The notes under the pieces were generated by a model that saw only the letters and a list, made by a program, of their open reading frames with translations, ran no database searches and had not been told where the DNA came from. From contig OZ024741.1 in assembly GCA_964016885.1 (NCBI GenBank), forward strand, positions 280,054,001 through 280,118,000: 64,000 nt of DNA, read 5' to 3'. Below are positions 51,420-63,252 of the stretch, in pieces. A program made the translations under genes and the position numbers. Position 1 is the first letter of the stretch. Each line of letters opens with the position of its first letter. The DNA is from Eledone cirrhosa. Its lineage: Eukaryota.

Positions 51420-51970
51420 GATTGATGCTGTTGATGTTCAGCTTGAACAACATTTGTAAGTTGACATCTGTCGGAAAATATGGGTGGGAAGGGAATTCCA
51501 GAGGTTAGTGCGATGACATAGAAGAGAAAACATAAAATGGATGGGGGAGAGGCAGTTGTGACTGGAAGATTGGGGTAGAGGTGGTATGCAACTAGCTGGA
51601 ACACTATGGTGAACAGAGAATTGTAGTGGTAGCAGTGGTGGTGGTGTTGGTAAGAGTAAAAATAGTGAGGAGACAACACATCTATGAGATAGAGGTGGAA
51701 GTGTGTTGGTGAGTGAGTCTTTGTCAATCAACCAGGCTGCTTTCTTTAGGATGCAGTCTAGGCAGTGGCATAGCTAGCTAGAGCTTGTGTCGCTCAGTGC
51801 AATCCTTGAGTCCTCCCCCTCCCCAAAAAAACAATGCTGTAGACCAAAAGTGCTACTACCTTACAGTTATGCTAATGGGTTTAGCTGGGGGGCTTTCCGG
51901 ATGTACGAGCAGTAGCATTCCAAATGTATGAGCAGTATTCTATTGTGGGTTTGACTTGAACTTATACAGA
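51420..51970 (-). mobile_element. CR1/L2-group LINE 3' fragment, degraded
   Basis: Minus strand: LYK..VKPTIEYCSYIW, LDCILKKAAWLIDKDSLTNTLPPLSHR, RTNLWNSLP. Confidence 0.75.
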
Positions 51971-52521
51971 AATACATTGTGGGTCTCACTTTGACTTGCA
52001 CGTATACAGAGATACATTCACATATAAACTGTGAGAACAGTATTCCATTGTGGGTTTGACTTGAATGTATACAGAGATATATTCACATACAAAATGTGGG
52101 AGCAGTATTCCATTGTGGGTCTCACTCTCACTTAAGCTTATACAGGAATACATTCACATATAAAATGTGAGAGCAGTATTCCATTGTGGGTCTCACTCTC
52201 ACTTGAGCTTATACTGGAATACATTCACATATAAAATGTGAGAGCAGTATTCCATTGTGGGTCTCACTCTCACTTGAGCTTATACTGGAATACATTCACA
52301 TATAAAATGTGAGAGCAGTATTCCATTGTGGGTCTCACTCTCACTTAAGCTTATACAGGAATACATTCACATATAAAATGTGAGAGCAGTATTCCATTGT
52401 GGGTCTCACTCTCACTTGAGCTTATACTGGAATACATTCACATATAAAATGTGAGAGCAGTATTCCATTGTGGGTCTCACTCTCACTTGAGCTTATACTG
52501 GAATACATTCACATATAAAAT
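51930..52521. repeat. 71-bp minisatellite (about 6 homogeneous plus 2-3 degenerate copies)
   Basis: gagcagtattccattgtggg recurs at 52100, 52171, 52242, 52313, 52384 and 52455. Confidence 0.95.
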
Positions 52522-53289
52522 GATACAAAAGTTTTACTACAGTTGGTAGAAAGTGTGAATTGACTTTTTTTTTTTTTTATTCGAAGAAAATGTATAAAAC
52601 TAATTATGAAGAGAATTTAGATGACTGCCAATAACTGTTTGGCTCAGTTAAATTAGAAAGGTTTTAACTGCTTAAATACTTTATGTAATCTCAAAAGAGA
52701 AGAGCATTTTTTTTTTAAATTAATTTTATTCATTTCTTGGCATTTGTTTCCAAGATAGAATGAGTTAGGTGGCTGCCGACATTTGCATAGAATATTGGAG
52801 CAGATGTTCCACAACTAAACAGTTCATTGAGCTGTGAAATACAACATAATCCATTGCTTGTGGCAGAATTAGTAACTATTGATATGAGCTTTTTTTATTA
52901 TTTTTCTTTTTCTCATTTCTCATAATAAAGCTTTTGCTGTGTATATTAGGAAATCACTTTAATAAATGAAAGGCAGGCACTTTTCTAAACTTTCTTTTCA
53001 TAGCAATAATGCTAAGCATTGATTACAGTGCCACTGACCAAAAATATTAAAATGTAATTTTCACTCTTCCAAAGCACACATCACTGCTTTTTGTCATAAA
53101 TTTCCTCCTTGTTTCTCACAGTTGAAGGCAGTTGATTTGGCAGAGTTATTAGAGTTTTGACTACTTGTTCCAGGTCTCTGCGTTCTGAGTTCAAACCCCA
53201 GTGAGATCCACTTTACTTTTCGTTCTTTCAGGATTGATAAAGAAAGTACCATCCCAGTACTGGTCCAACTCTCTCTCCTTCCAGCTGTC

Positions 53290-53580
53290 ACATTCTAGAT
53301 GTTCCACTGGATCTTGGTTGTGAGGACCGAGAGAGTGTCTGTATCTGCTCGTGATTAAATGGACACTTAAAACCTTTGAATTTACAATTTGCCTTTGTTA
53401 CTATCCAAATTAAGGGCCTTCTTTTTCCTGTTGGGGGAACCCTTCCCTAGTTAACCTCCACTGCTTCCTATCTCTGGCCATACTGGGCCATGTGGGGTCG
53501 AGGTATTGGGTCAGATTGTCGCAGCATCTTGCTTTTGGGCACGCTCTAGTTCTTCTCTATTGCTTTGGTGTCCACTTTGT
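53290..53580 (-). mobile_element. RTE-like LINE 3' end
   Basis: Minus strand: RACPKARCCDNL...WPSMARDRKQWRLTREGFPQQ resembles the RTE terminal R.RP..RW.D...A.DR..W motif. Confidence 0.5.
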
Positions 53581-54712
53581 TACTACCTACTGCAAACATT
53601 TTTTCACCAATTCCAATTATTTTGACAAGTATTAATTCAACATTGCTCCATTGCATCTGTCAATAATTCATGCATATTTTTAAGTTCATTGGGTTGTTTT
53701 TGATGGAGTCAGTTTTGAATTTTGAGTTTTTTTTTAAATTACAGATTAATTCACTCTCTCCGTAATCATGCTTAATTAAAACAAACATATGTTGTTAAAG
53801 ATTAAAGTTTATCTATAAAAATAAGTGATAAAATATTCATAATACTATTAATAGTTTCTAACATAGGCACAACACAAGTTCAATCTTTTTTTTTAGGAAG
53901 GGAAAGTCGGTTATATCAACCCCAGTATTTGACTAGTACTTTATTTTATCAACCTTGAAAGGATGACAGACAAAGTAAACTTTGAATACAGAATGTAAAG
54001 AGCGTCAATAAATACTGCAAAAAATTTGTTCTAACTGTTCTGCCAGGAAAATGGGCATTAAATGGTGATGATGATTATGACAATAACAATGATTTGGGAG
54101 ATATGACTGAAGTAGAACCCACTGCAAAGAACTAGCTTATTGTGCACAAGAATATTAAATAATCTCAATATATCTAAGTTCTGATAAATTTGGAGATGTT
54201 ATAGGGTTTCTAATGCTAAAGATTTAAATTTTAAAATGTCTTATTCATAATGAAAGTTTGTTGACTGAAAGATATTGTCATTTTTACAGTCTAGACTATA
54301 ATTTCCATACTATGTTAGTTAAGAGACACTAAATATACAAACATGTTGGAAACTTTTAAATTACATTTAGATAGAACAATTATTTTTTAAATACTTGAAG
54401 AATTGCTGTGTATGAAATCAGACATACATACACTTTTGTTTTTGGTTATGTTCTTTCTTAAATATTTATTATTCTGATTCTTTTCTTATTCAGTAAAACA
54501 CCTGTCAATTAATTTTACATATTTTAGAAAACTTATTCATCAAACACAAACTGGCTTTTCTTATTTATTTTATATCTTTCTAAACTTGTTCAGATATAAC
54601 GACAAACTGGCGTTCATTTGAGTATTTCTCCATTTCAGATATTGTTCAGATATTCAATGGTTTTTAAATATTTTAATATAAATTGTTTTTATTCTATTTT
54701 TCAATTGTGTAG

Positions 54713-54829
54713 AACTTCAAACCCCTTATTGATAAAGTTGGCATAAGTAACAGCCGCCAGAAGCCTGTTGAATTCTTTGTTGACAGAGAATTATTGGTTA
54801 CTGATGAAAAAGAAATAATTAATTATAAG
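54713..54829 (+). CDS. JMJD1C: Next coding exon (117 nt, phase 0/0) of the JMJD1C/KDM3-family gene
   Basis: T-rich tract ..ttgtgtag|AACTTC...TATAAG|gtaagc. Translates NFKPLIDKVGISNSRQKPVEFFVDRELLVTDEKEIINYK, continuing the family motif (T/N)(F/Y)KPL.DK.G....VEF..D. Confidence 0.88.
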
Positions 54830-55395
54830 GTAAGCTTATTGACTGAAATTTTGTTGTCTTGTATTCCGTTGATATTTTCTACCAGTATAGTGCCTGTCAA
54901 AAATAGCAGGGTTTATTTCATCATCATCTAACATTTGTTTTCTATGCTAGTACTCAAGCAGAGCTATTGACCCCCTCAAATGAGCTGTGGACCTGCATCT
55001 CTCTTACTCTCCTGCACTCTACTGAGTGCTAAGGTGGGGCTAGGGGTCCATATCTTGCCTACAAACGTTCCCAAACTCTACCAAGTGCATTTTACTGTAG
55101 CACCAGCACTAAGGAGATTGTCAAAACTTTGACACAGCTAAAGAGTCATTCCAACCTTTTATTTGGCAGGTTTTCTACAACTGGATACCCTTTCTATCAC
55201 CAACCACTTTACAGAATGCACTAGATGTGTTAATCATGTAGTTCACCAACACTAGGGAAGTTCTCACATCTTTGACAAAACTGAACAATCGTCCTGACTC
55301 TTTTTTTCAGTAATTCTTACTCTTTCTGCTTTAAGCCTCATGCCATTTTTTTCTTGTATTTCAATTTTGTCTTTGAATCATTTTTATTCTTTGTA

Positions 55396-55699
55396 CAGTG
55401 GAACCTTGGTTCATGAATTTAATTAATTCTTAAAGGCTGTTTTTTCGTTAAGCAAAATTATTTTTGCCATACGAAATGTTGAGTGAGAGAGACTATCTGT
55501 GAAGGACAGATATATATCACCATAGTAACTAACAACACATCAAGTGACGCTTTCCTGTCTATACTCCAAGCTTGTCGCCAGCTTGCATGTTCGTTACTCG
55601 AAACACTGTGTGTCAACCAAGAGGTTTTATGTTTGGAAACATTGTTTGTTAACCAATTTGGTTTGTGATGAGAGGCGTTCGTGAACCGAGGTTCCACTG
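55396..55699 (+). mobile_element. Tigger/pogo-like MITE
   Basis: TIRs cagtggaaccttggttcatgaa / ttcgtgaaccgaggttccactg. Confidence 0.8.
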
Positions 55700-56649
55700 T
55701 TTTTTAATCCTTGTGTCATGTGTTTCTTGTTTTGCATCATTTATACTTCTCTTCAAATTACATCAACCATTGACCATGTTCACATGATAATATTTGTCTC
55801 TTTGTCTTTCAATTATCTGTAGTATATTCGAACAGTTGGCTCTTTACTTCTTTACTCTCACACTCACATATCCTCTCTCTCCATCATTATTCCCCATCAT
55901 CTTCATCATCCTCTTCCATCTCCTTTACTTAGCTTCCATGAGTTTGATCTCCTCCTTCAGTCCTTTGATCTTTTGTGTAACATGTTGACTTTTGAGAACT
56001 CATAACATTTCTCTTTGATAACAGATTTAATGATTGATGATATGAAAATATCTAATTAAACTCTATGCAAATAATTTAAGATATGTTAGAAATTAAAACA
56101 TTGTGCGCATATGCTTGCATAGATGTGTATATTTTGTTTGAAATAGAAAAAGTCAGTATTTTAATGAGATCAAATACAATGTTTATTGGACTCTTATCAT
56201 TATGCCTAAAAACAAAGATTATTGTAAAATGTTAAATAAACTGTAAACAGAGCAGTTGTCTTAGAAAAGTACTAGGAAAATTTGAAATGCATGTGTCATA
56301 ATGCAAATGATCATAATAATAGTGAATCACTATGAATAGTGGTTGAGAAACGTCTCCATAGAATCCCTCATCTCTCAAGAATTGTACTGTTCCATTTCTT
56401 AGAGGCATCTCTGTCCAATTCTATCTCTCTTGAGAAACACTTTACTCAATTTTGAGAGATGCAGGTTCAATTCTTTTCAGGCGCCTCTCTTCACTCTTTT
56501 CCATCTTCAGGAGTACTTTACTCGATATCTATCAACTATTATTATGGTCATTTGCATAGGGACATTCACAATTAATAAACTGTTATGGGATACATTTTTT
56601 CTAGCTTTCAATTGCACTGTATGCCCCTCTCTCTCTCTCTCCCTCTCTT

Positions 56650-57312
56650 AAGCATAAATGAACTGAGAGTGAAATTAAGCATAAGAGGGATCAGATGCAG
56701 TATGCTAGAGAGAAGATTGCATTGGTATGGTCATGTGATGCATATGAAGGATGACAGCTGTATAAAAAGATGCAGGGCAATCAAACTTGATGGAAGATAT
56801 CGAGTAGGAAGACCGGGATGAGGTGATAAAAGCTAAACCTCTCAAAGACAATGACACAGGATCGAGATCTTTGGCGTTATGCAATAACACAGAAGACACA
56901 CTTTTCCATGTGCACAAATTCAAACATACATTTAGTAGGCACCTATTAAGCACTATACCCATGCCCCAACACCCACCCACCCACTTCTGTCCACACCACT
57001 CCTGCACTGCAAAGTTGTGTTGGTATCACAACAAAAATCATCCAGCCCACACTATAAAGTGGTTGTGTAGGTGTCATAACAAAAAGCACCTAGCCCACTC
57101 TGTAAAGTGGTTGTGTAGGAGAGATGACAAAAAGCACCTAGTACACTGTAAATATGGTTGTCGTTAGGAAAGGCATCCTAACGCCAACCACATTTACAGT
57201 TCTGTATGAGCAAGACAAGGTCAGCCGACCAGACACTGCCCACAACAGGACAACCCGTCTAACCCATGCTAGCGTGGAAGAACGGACGTTAAACGATGAT
57301 GATGATGATGAT
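56650..57312 (+). repeat. RTE 3' fragment joined to a SINE-like body with repeated ~44-bp modules and an RTE-type tail
   Basis: SINELRVKLSIRGIRCSMLERRLHWYGHV..GRP; modules ctgtaaagtggttgtgtagg..acaaaaagcacctag. The same composite lies on the minus strand at about 25395-25985. Confidence 0.7.
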
Positions 57313-58454
57313 ACATATATGATAGAACTGGAGCCCGTATTATTGAAATACCCAAGAAACCTACTGTGAAATGCAACTTTATAGGAGGCTAGCTAAATCT
57401 ACATAGGTATGACCTATAATAACAATGTGTGTATATATATGTCTGTGTGTGTGTGAAACAGACATAGAAAGGATGGTAATGCATAAGCTAAGAGGTATGT
57501 CAACATTTAGGTGTCCCCTGCAAATATGCGCCTTCTTTTTGACCCCTCCTTCCTTTGTCCATTCTTCCCCTTCCCTTGTATGTCCTCCTTCACATCATAG
57601 ATTTCTCCTTACTCCTATCCTCTACCCCATCTCCCACTATTTAAATCATCCCTATTTACTCACACACACACACCCTCCTCTTTCTCTCTCTCACACTTCA
57701 CTCATAACTGGGACATAGCTTATCCACGCATAAAGTGAGGTATCTTAGCTTGGTATATATATCCAACAACCTTATGTACCTAAACCCCCCCCCCCCCCCC
57801 CCCACTAACACACACATACCCCATGATGAGCTACCAGTTGTTATTTTCCTCAAGGCCACCTTAATGACCCCAAACACAAGCTGAAGAGACAAAATGAAAC
57901 TATGAGCAACACAGCCTTCTAACCTATCTTGTCTTAGAACATGACAACCCCTCCAACCTATCCTATACAGTATGGAAAACACATAAAATAATTGTTTCTA
58001 TTTTAGGCACAAGGCCAGCACAGTACATTACTGGTACTTTAACATAAAATAATGATATGTATCCATGTGTGTGTGCATAATATATATATATATATATATG
58101 ATTTCATTTGAATGAAACAGTTCTACTCTTGTAGAAGTTATTTCTATATTAAACATTATATAAAGCAGGATGGATTCAGTTTTAAACTAGTTACACCATT
58201 ACTCAACAGAGTACTCAATACTTGGAATAGTAAGTATAGTACGGTTGTATTATTAAGAGTTGGGACCACAACTGGTGAGCTCTTGTTGTTTCAACAGCTA
58301 GTTCCAGAGTCTGGAACTAGCTGTTGAAATGGCAGGAGCTCAGCCGTTGGGGTCCCGACTCTTTATGATATTAAACATTATATATATATATATAGTAAAC
58401 CATACTCAAGGATGCGTGTTTCACCCAACGGATTCTATATATATACATGATATG

Positions 58455-58796
58455 GTATGGTATGGACCCATAATGCCTGAGGAGTCGTAGGGGGCCATAT
58501 TGACATATGTCATTTCTAGGTCAATTTTTAAACCTGACTGAGCCCATCTCCTCTCCAGGCCTGAACACAGTAGATTTCTTCCAGAGAAAAATAGAGAGTA
58601 TGAGAGAAAGGAAATGAGAAAGAGATATACAGAAAGAATCGACCTCAGTACTTGACTAGTACTTTTTATATCGACCATGAACGGATGAAAGGCAAAGTTA
58701 ACTTTTGCGGGATTTGAACTCAGAGAGTAGAGAGCCGAAATGAATACTACAAAGCATTTTATCCGATGTTCTAATGAATCTATGAATTCACCCCCT
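58455..58796 (-). repeat. Nin/Deu-like SINE, long-tail subtype, complete
   Basis: Head, core aactttgcctttcatcc..gtcgat..aaaagtac and (ccata)n tail. Confidence 0.7.
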
Positions 58797-59089
58797 TCTA
58801 TATATATATAAATAAATGAATAAAAAATAACCAGGATTTAAATTGAAGAGATTAACAGGAATGAATATTCCTGTTATTTTAACTGAAATGTTTGTCAATC
58901 AATTACATGATTTAATTTAAATTCTGATTATTCTTTATTCATTTATATATATGCTCTGTGATTGGAAATTTACCAGTTGAATTAAACTCTAAACTGTCTC
59001 TTACCTATCTTGCTGTAGACTATAAAATCACATTGAGCATTGAAATGTTCTTTGCTTTTATATGGTTGTATTATCAACTCATTTAAACT

Positions 59090-59091
<2 letters not shown>

Positions 59092-59160
<69 letters not shown>

Positions 59161-59172
59161 GTATATATATAT
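59092..59172. repeat. (TA)n microsatellite
   Basis: Directly visible. Similar tracts at about 19487-19531, 20123-20170 and 47832-47912. Confidence 0.9.
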
Positions 59173-59207
59173 AGGAGGAAATTGTAGTTTACTTGAAGCA
59201 TTGCATA

Positions 59208-61574
59208 GAGTTAGAAGGCCAGAACAATGCAGGTATGGATATAGAATATAAATACAAATGCAAAAGATATTGCTGACAATTAGTCTTTTACCTTAAATTT
59301 ATTTGAATATCCTTAATTTTTGAGATAATATCTCTTCTTCGGAGGGAAGTAAAGGGGTTAATCCAGTGTTCTAATTAGCTTGCCAAGTCATGCTGACAGG
59401 AAATAGTAAAGAAATCCCATTCTAAATCTAATGTCAAAGAGTGAAGGTTAGGTGGATAAAGGGTTGTCTCCCTTTAAAAGGGTTTGGACATGTATGTCTA
59501 AGTGTGTGGGAGAATACGTGAAAGTGTAAGCATGTATGTGTGTGAGTGTGAGAGGACATGTTTATATGTAAATGTGGCGGCTAGATGCTCTATCATGTTA
59601 AAACCGGTCTATGTGTGTGTGTGAGAGAGAATAAGTGAAGGTGTAAGCATGCGTGTGTGTGGAGGTGTAAGTGTGGGACTAGGTGCTCTATCATGTTAAA
59701 AATTGGGTGTTGAGTTCTAGTCTGTTATTGATTGGTGGTTGTGTTTTGTCTATAATAAGTGCTTCTTTAATTCTAAGATTGCCGAGGTTTCTTTCCTTAG
59801 CTTCTATCCTAACTATTATGTTTTTGTCGGTGTTTTTGCATTTCACTAGGTGTTTCTTAAATGAGGAAGCGTTAGTGTTGAGGTGTTCTTTTATTCTAAT
59901 GTGAAGTGGTCTGGTGGTGCTTCCTATGTAGAAATTGCTGCATTTGTCGCACTCTGATCTGTATACGACGTAAGCCTGGTGGCATAGGTCTGTGTCGTCG
60001 ATGAGGCAGTTGGCTAGCCTGCAGCGGCTGTCATGTCTGGTGGAGTGTCTTTTGGTTAGCTGTCCGCTTAGAGAAGGTCCTGAGTGGGCTAGCTGGATAT
60101 CTAGTTCCTCTCGTCTGATAGCTCTGCAGATGGCTGTTGTTGTTTCGTCACTGAAGTGTGGGAGCTTCAGGAAGCAGGTGTTAGTGTCTCGGGTGTGGTG
60201 TCCACTGTTGTTTCTGGCATGGTTCGCAGTGTTCGTCAGTTATCCGTTCAGTTTAAGTACTTCCAGGAAATGTGTGGTGTGTGTGTCCCGGTCTCTTGCG
60301 TCGGTGCATTTGTTCTGGATACGTGTTAGTTCGTTCCTTATGTATCCAAACTTAGCGCTGACTGGGAGGGCTGATCTGAAATGTACGAACAGATCTCTGC
60401 TGGTGGCTTTTTTATAGAAGCAGGTGTGGATGTCGCCTTCCTCTGTTACCCTGAGTTGGAAGTCCAATAGGGATAGGGATTTGCGGTCATCGGGGTGTTC
60501 CATGCTGAACTTTACATTGCCGTCCATGCTGGAGAATGTCATGTATATTTTATCCGCTTCTTTACGGGATGATGCAAGGATGAGTATGTCATCTACATAT
60601 CGGGTGAAGAAGGTATAGGAATGGCAGGTGTTGAGGGCTTGGCATTCCAGCTGGTTCACATAAGTGATGGCCAGCAGGCCCGATAGGCTGGATCCCATGG
60701 GTAATCCTGTTGTCTGTCTGTATGTGTGGTGGTGGAAGGTGAAGTACGTGTTATCCACTGTGAAGGACAAAAGCTGGTGTATGTCCGTCGGATGGAGGCC
60801 GTAGCAGTGGACGTCTTCTGCGACCACGCAGTCCATCAATAAATAGACAGCTGGATGAGCGGGGACTGTAGTGTAGAGGGAGACAACGTCGAGACTAAAG
60901 GCGTATCTATTTAATTTAAGTTGTTCTGGCTGGAGTTGGTGTAGTCTACGTATGACCTCGTCGGAGCTACTGACATGCCCGGGAAAGGTGGAGAGTAGAG
61001 GCTTGAGGACCTGGGAGAGGAGCCTGGAGATTTTGTATAGGGGCCCTTCTATGCTAGAGACGATGGGTCTTATTTGTGTCTTAGTACTATTCTTGTGGGT
61101 CTTGATGAGGTGATAGAAAGTAGGCAGTCTGCTATTTCTAGAGGTGTAATTGAACTTAAATTTATTTGGGAGTTGTCTTCTACTATAGATGTCGAACCAG
61201 ATGGAGTTGGCCTGTTTTTCGATCTAGGCTGCAGTTATGTCCGGGACCTCTGTATACAGTTCGTTGTCGCTTAAGTCTTCAAAGGCTAGGTTGTTGTATG
61301 TGGCTTGAGAGATGACAACCCTTTATCCACCTAACCTTCACTGTTTGACATTAGAAATAGAATGGAATTTCTTTACTATTTCCTGTCAGCATGACTGGGC
61401 AAGCTAATTAGAACACTGGATTAACCCCTTTACTTCCCTCCGAAGAAGAGATATTATCTCAAAAATTAAGGATATTCAAATAAATTTAAGGTAAAAGACT
61501 AATTGTCAGCAATATCTTTTGCATTTGTATTTATATTCTATATCCATACCTGCATTGTTCTGGCCTTCTAACTC
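59208..61574 (-). mobile_element. Penelope-like retroelement, 5'-truncated, bounded by 261-bp inverted repeats
   Basis: RT and GIY-YIG coding region. 59208-59468 is the reverse complement of 61314-61574 with about 5 mismatches. Confidence 0.93.
59691..61310 (-). pseudogene. Penelope RT plus GIY-YIG endonuclease ORF, disrupted
   Basis: FYHLIKTHK, IRPIVS, FSLDVVSLYT, GLPMGSSLS, RYVDD, LLD, YKK, then CRLANC..C, VVYRSECDKC..FYIGSTTRPLHIRIKEH, IKEALII..QPPIN. Stops at about 61225 and 60240, frameshift at about 60840. Confidence 0.92.
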
Positions 61575-61769
61575 CAAACGTTTATATATATATATATGTA
61601 TATATGTAACCAGGCTGTTATTGCTCCAACCAGTCTTTTCACCATTGATAACTACCCTAAATATACATACACTTATACTCCATATATATATACACTATAT
61701 ATAGAGAGAGAACAAACGCAAGCAATCATCAAATGACATATGTGTAAATAATTCACTCGGATAACAAAA

Positions 61770-62075
61770 CATTCAGTGGGCAAAACCATCGGAATCCAAA
61801 CTCGTGAGAATTACATTCGTAAAAACAGAGCCAATCATGAACTTAATGTCTGTATAAGAGCTAAGACATCCCTCCAAAATTCCTACCTCAGACATCGTTC
61901 ATATATCCCAACCCTTAACCTGCCCTAAAATGGGTATGGGGGAGATGGACTTTATCAAGCTGCAGCCATCAAATTACGCAGTTTCTGTATAAGAATAGAG
62001 GTTAAATATCCATTATTACCTGCAGCGACTACAACGCTATTACATAATAGGCTGTATACCCTTGATCTTAAACCC
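61770..62075 (+). repeat. Unclassified interspersed repeat, uninterrupted copy of the 3123-3575 family
   Basis: Colinear similarity to 3123-3575. Confidence 0.6.
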
Positions 62076-62318
62076 TCAAGCAATTACCCCAAGATGTGAT
62101 GTCACGCATCTGGAGGCCTGGGTTTCATATAAATATAATATACATACTCGAATGTAAAACATAATTAAAATTAAATAAAATACTAAGCTATTAAGGAAAA
62201 ATAACCAAAACGACCAAAGACAAAGAATACAAGAAGTCTACTATTCCATATCCTATAAACCACAATAAGAATAAGGAAAATACCTATTTATATATATATA
62301 TATATATACATATATATA

Positions 62319-63203
62319 CAGGGTGCGGACGATATTTGTTCGCAAGATTACTGTCTAGGAAAAAGTAACAAAGTATGTTTTAAGATTTATTTATCAAACT
62401 TGGGTCAGTTTGTCTTCATGACTTGTTCTTTCGATCTCACTCGATAAACCCGCCATTGGCTTTGATGACGTTCTCAAGGCGGCCTCGGAACTGGCTACAG
62501 GCCTTCGTCACTGTCCCCCGACTTAGGCCCCTAAAGGCACTTGTGATCCTGGCCTTCAGATCGTCTTTCGTATTGCAGCTAGATCTGTTGGTGTCTCATT
62601 CCACTGCGCCCCACACAAAGAAGTCGAGGGGGTTGCAGTCAGGCGAGCTGGGAGGCCAGATGTCAGGTGAAGTGTGGTCGACGAAGTTCTCCGACAGCCA
62701 GGCTAGGGTCTTTCGGCTGGTATGGCAGGGCGCTGAGTCTTGCTGCCACACGTACGGCCTACCTGCAGCTACCTGGTCGATCCAGGGCTTTACTACCTCA
62801 CTCAGAACGCGGATGTAGCCATCGGTGTTCAGCTTGAAGCCCTCAGGGAAGAAGTGAGGTGGGTTGACATCACCTTGATTGCTGACGACACCTAAGACCA
62901 ATGTTGTCGCTGGAAATTTTGTCTGCATGACTCTAGGCACGTCTTTGGATGAGACAGCGAGCCACCTGTTGTTCTGGGAGTTGATCTTCTGGTCTTATTT
63001 CTCCTCCCGGCGCGGATTCCAAGAAGAACTCCGTGTCTCTTCCACAAATTTGGAGGTTCAAAATTATTCATAATCAATTATTCTGAAAATAAATAATGGA
63101 AATATAGTCACTGTTTTTATGAAGACAAGAGTGACAACGGAAGTAAAAAAATTTGCATAAAATTAGCAGTTGAAAATTGCGAACAAATATCGTTCGCGCC
63201 CTG
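62319..63203 (-). mobile_element. Tc1/mariner DD37D (maT-type) transposon, internal-deletion derivative
   Basis: 27-bp TIRs cagggtgcggacgatatttgttcgcaa / ttgcgaacaaatatcgttcgcgccctg with TA flanks. WQQDSAPCH...WPPSSPDCNPLD has 37 residues between the two Asp. Confidence 0.92.
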
Positions 63204-63220
63204 TATATATATATATATAT

Positions 63221-63252
<32 letters not shown>

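Larger units (their letters stand above)
16208..54712 (+). other. 38,505-bp GT-AG phase-0 intron of the JMJD1C/KDM3 gene
   Basis: gtaagt donor at 16208 and ttgtgtag acceptor ending at 54712. Joining the exons gives contiguous WPAL|NFKPLIDK. Confidence 0.82.

Noticed and set aside
51930-52521. Second CRISPR-like array
   Set aside because: No variable spacers, and the unit derives from the adjacent LINE.
59208-61574. DNA transposon with long TIRs
   Set aside because: The interior encodes RT plus GIY-YIG rather than a transposase; inverted pLTRs are typical of truncated Penelope-like elements.
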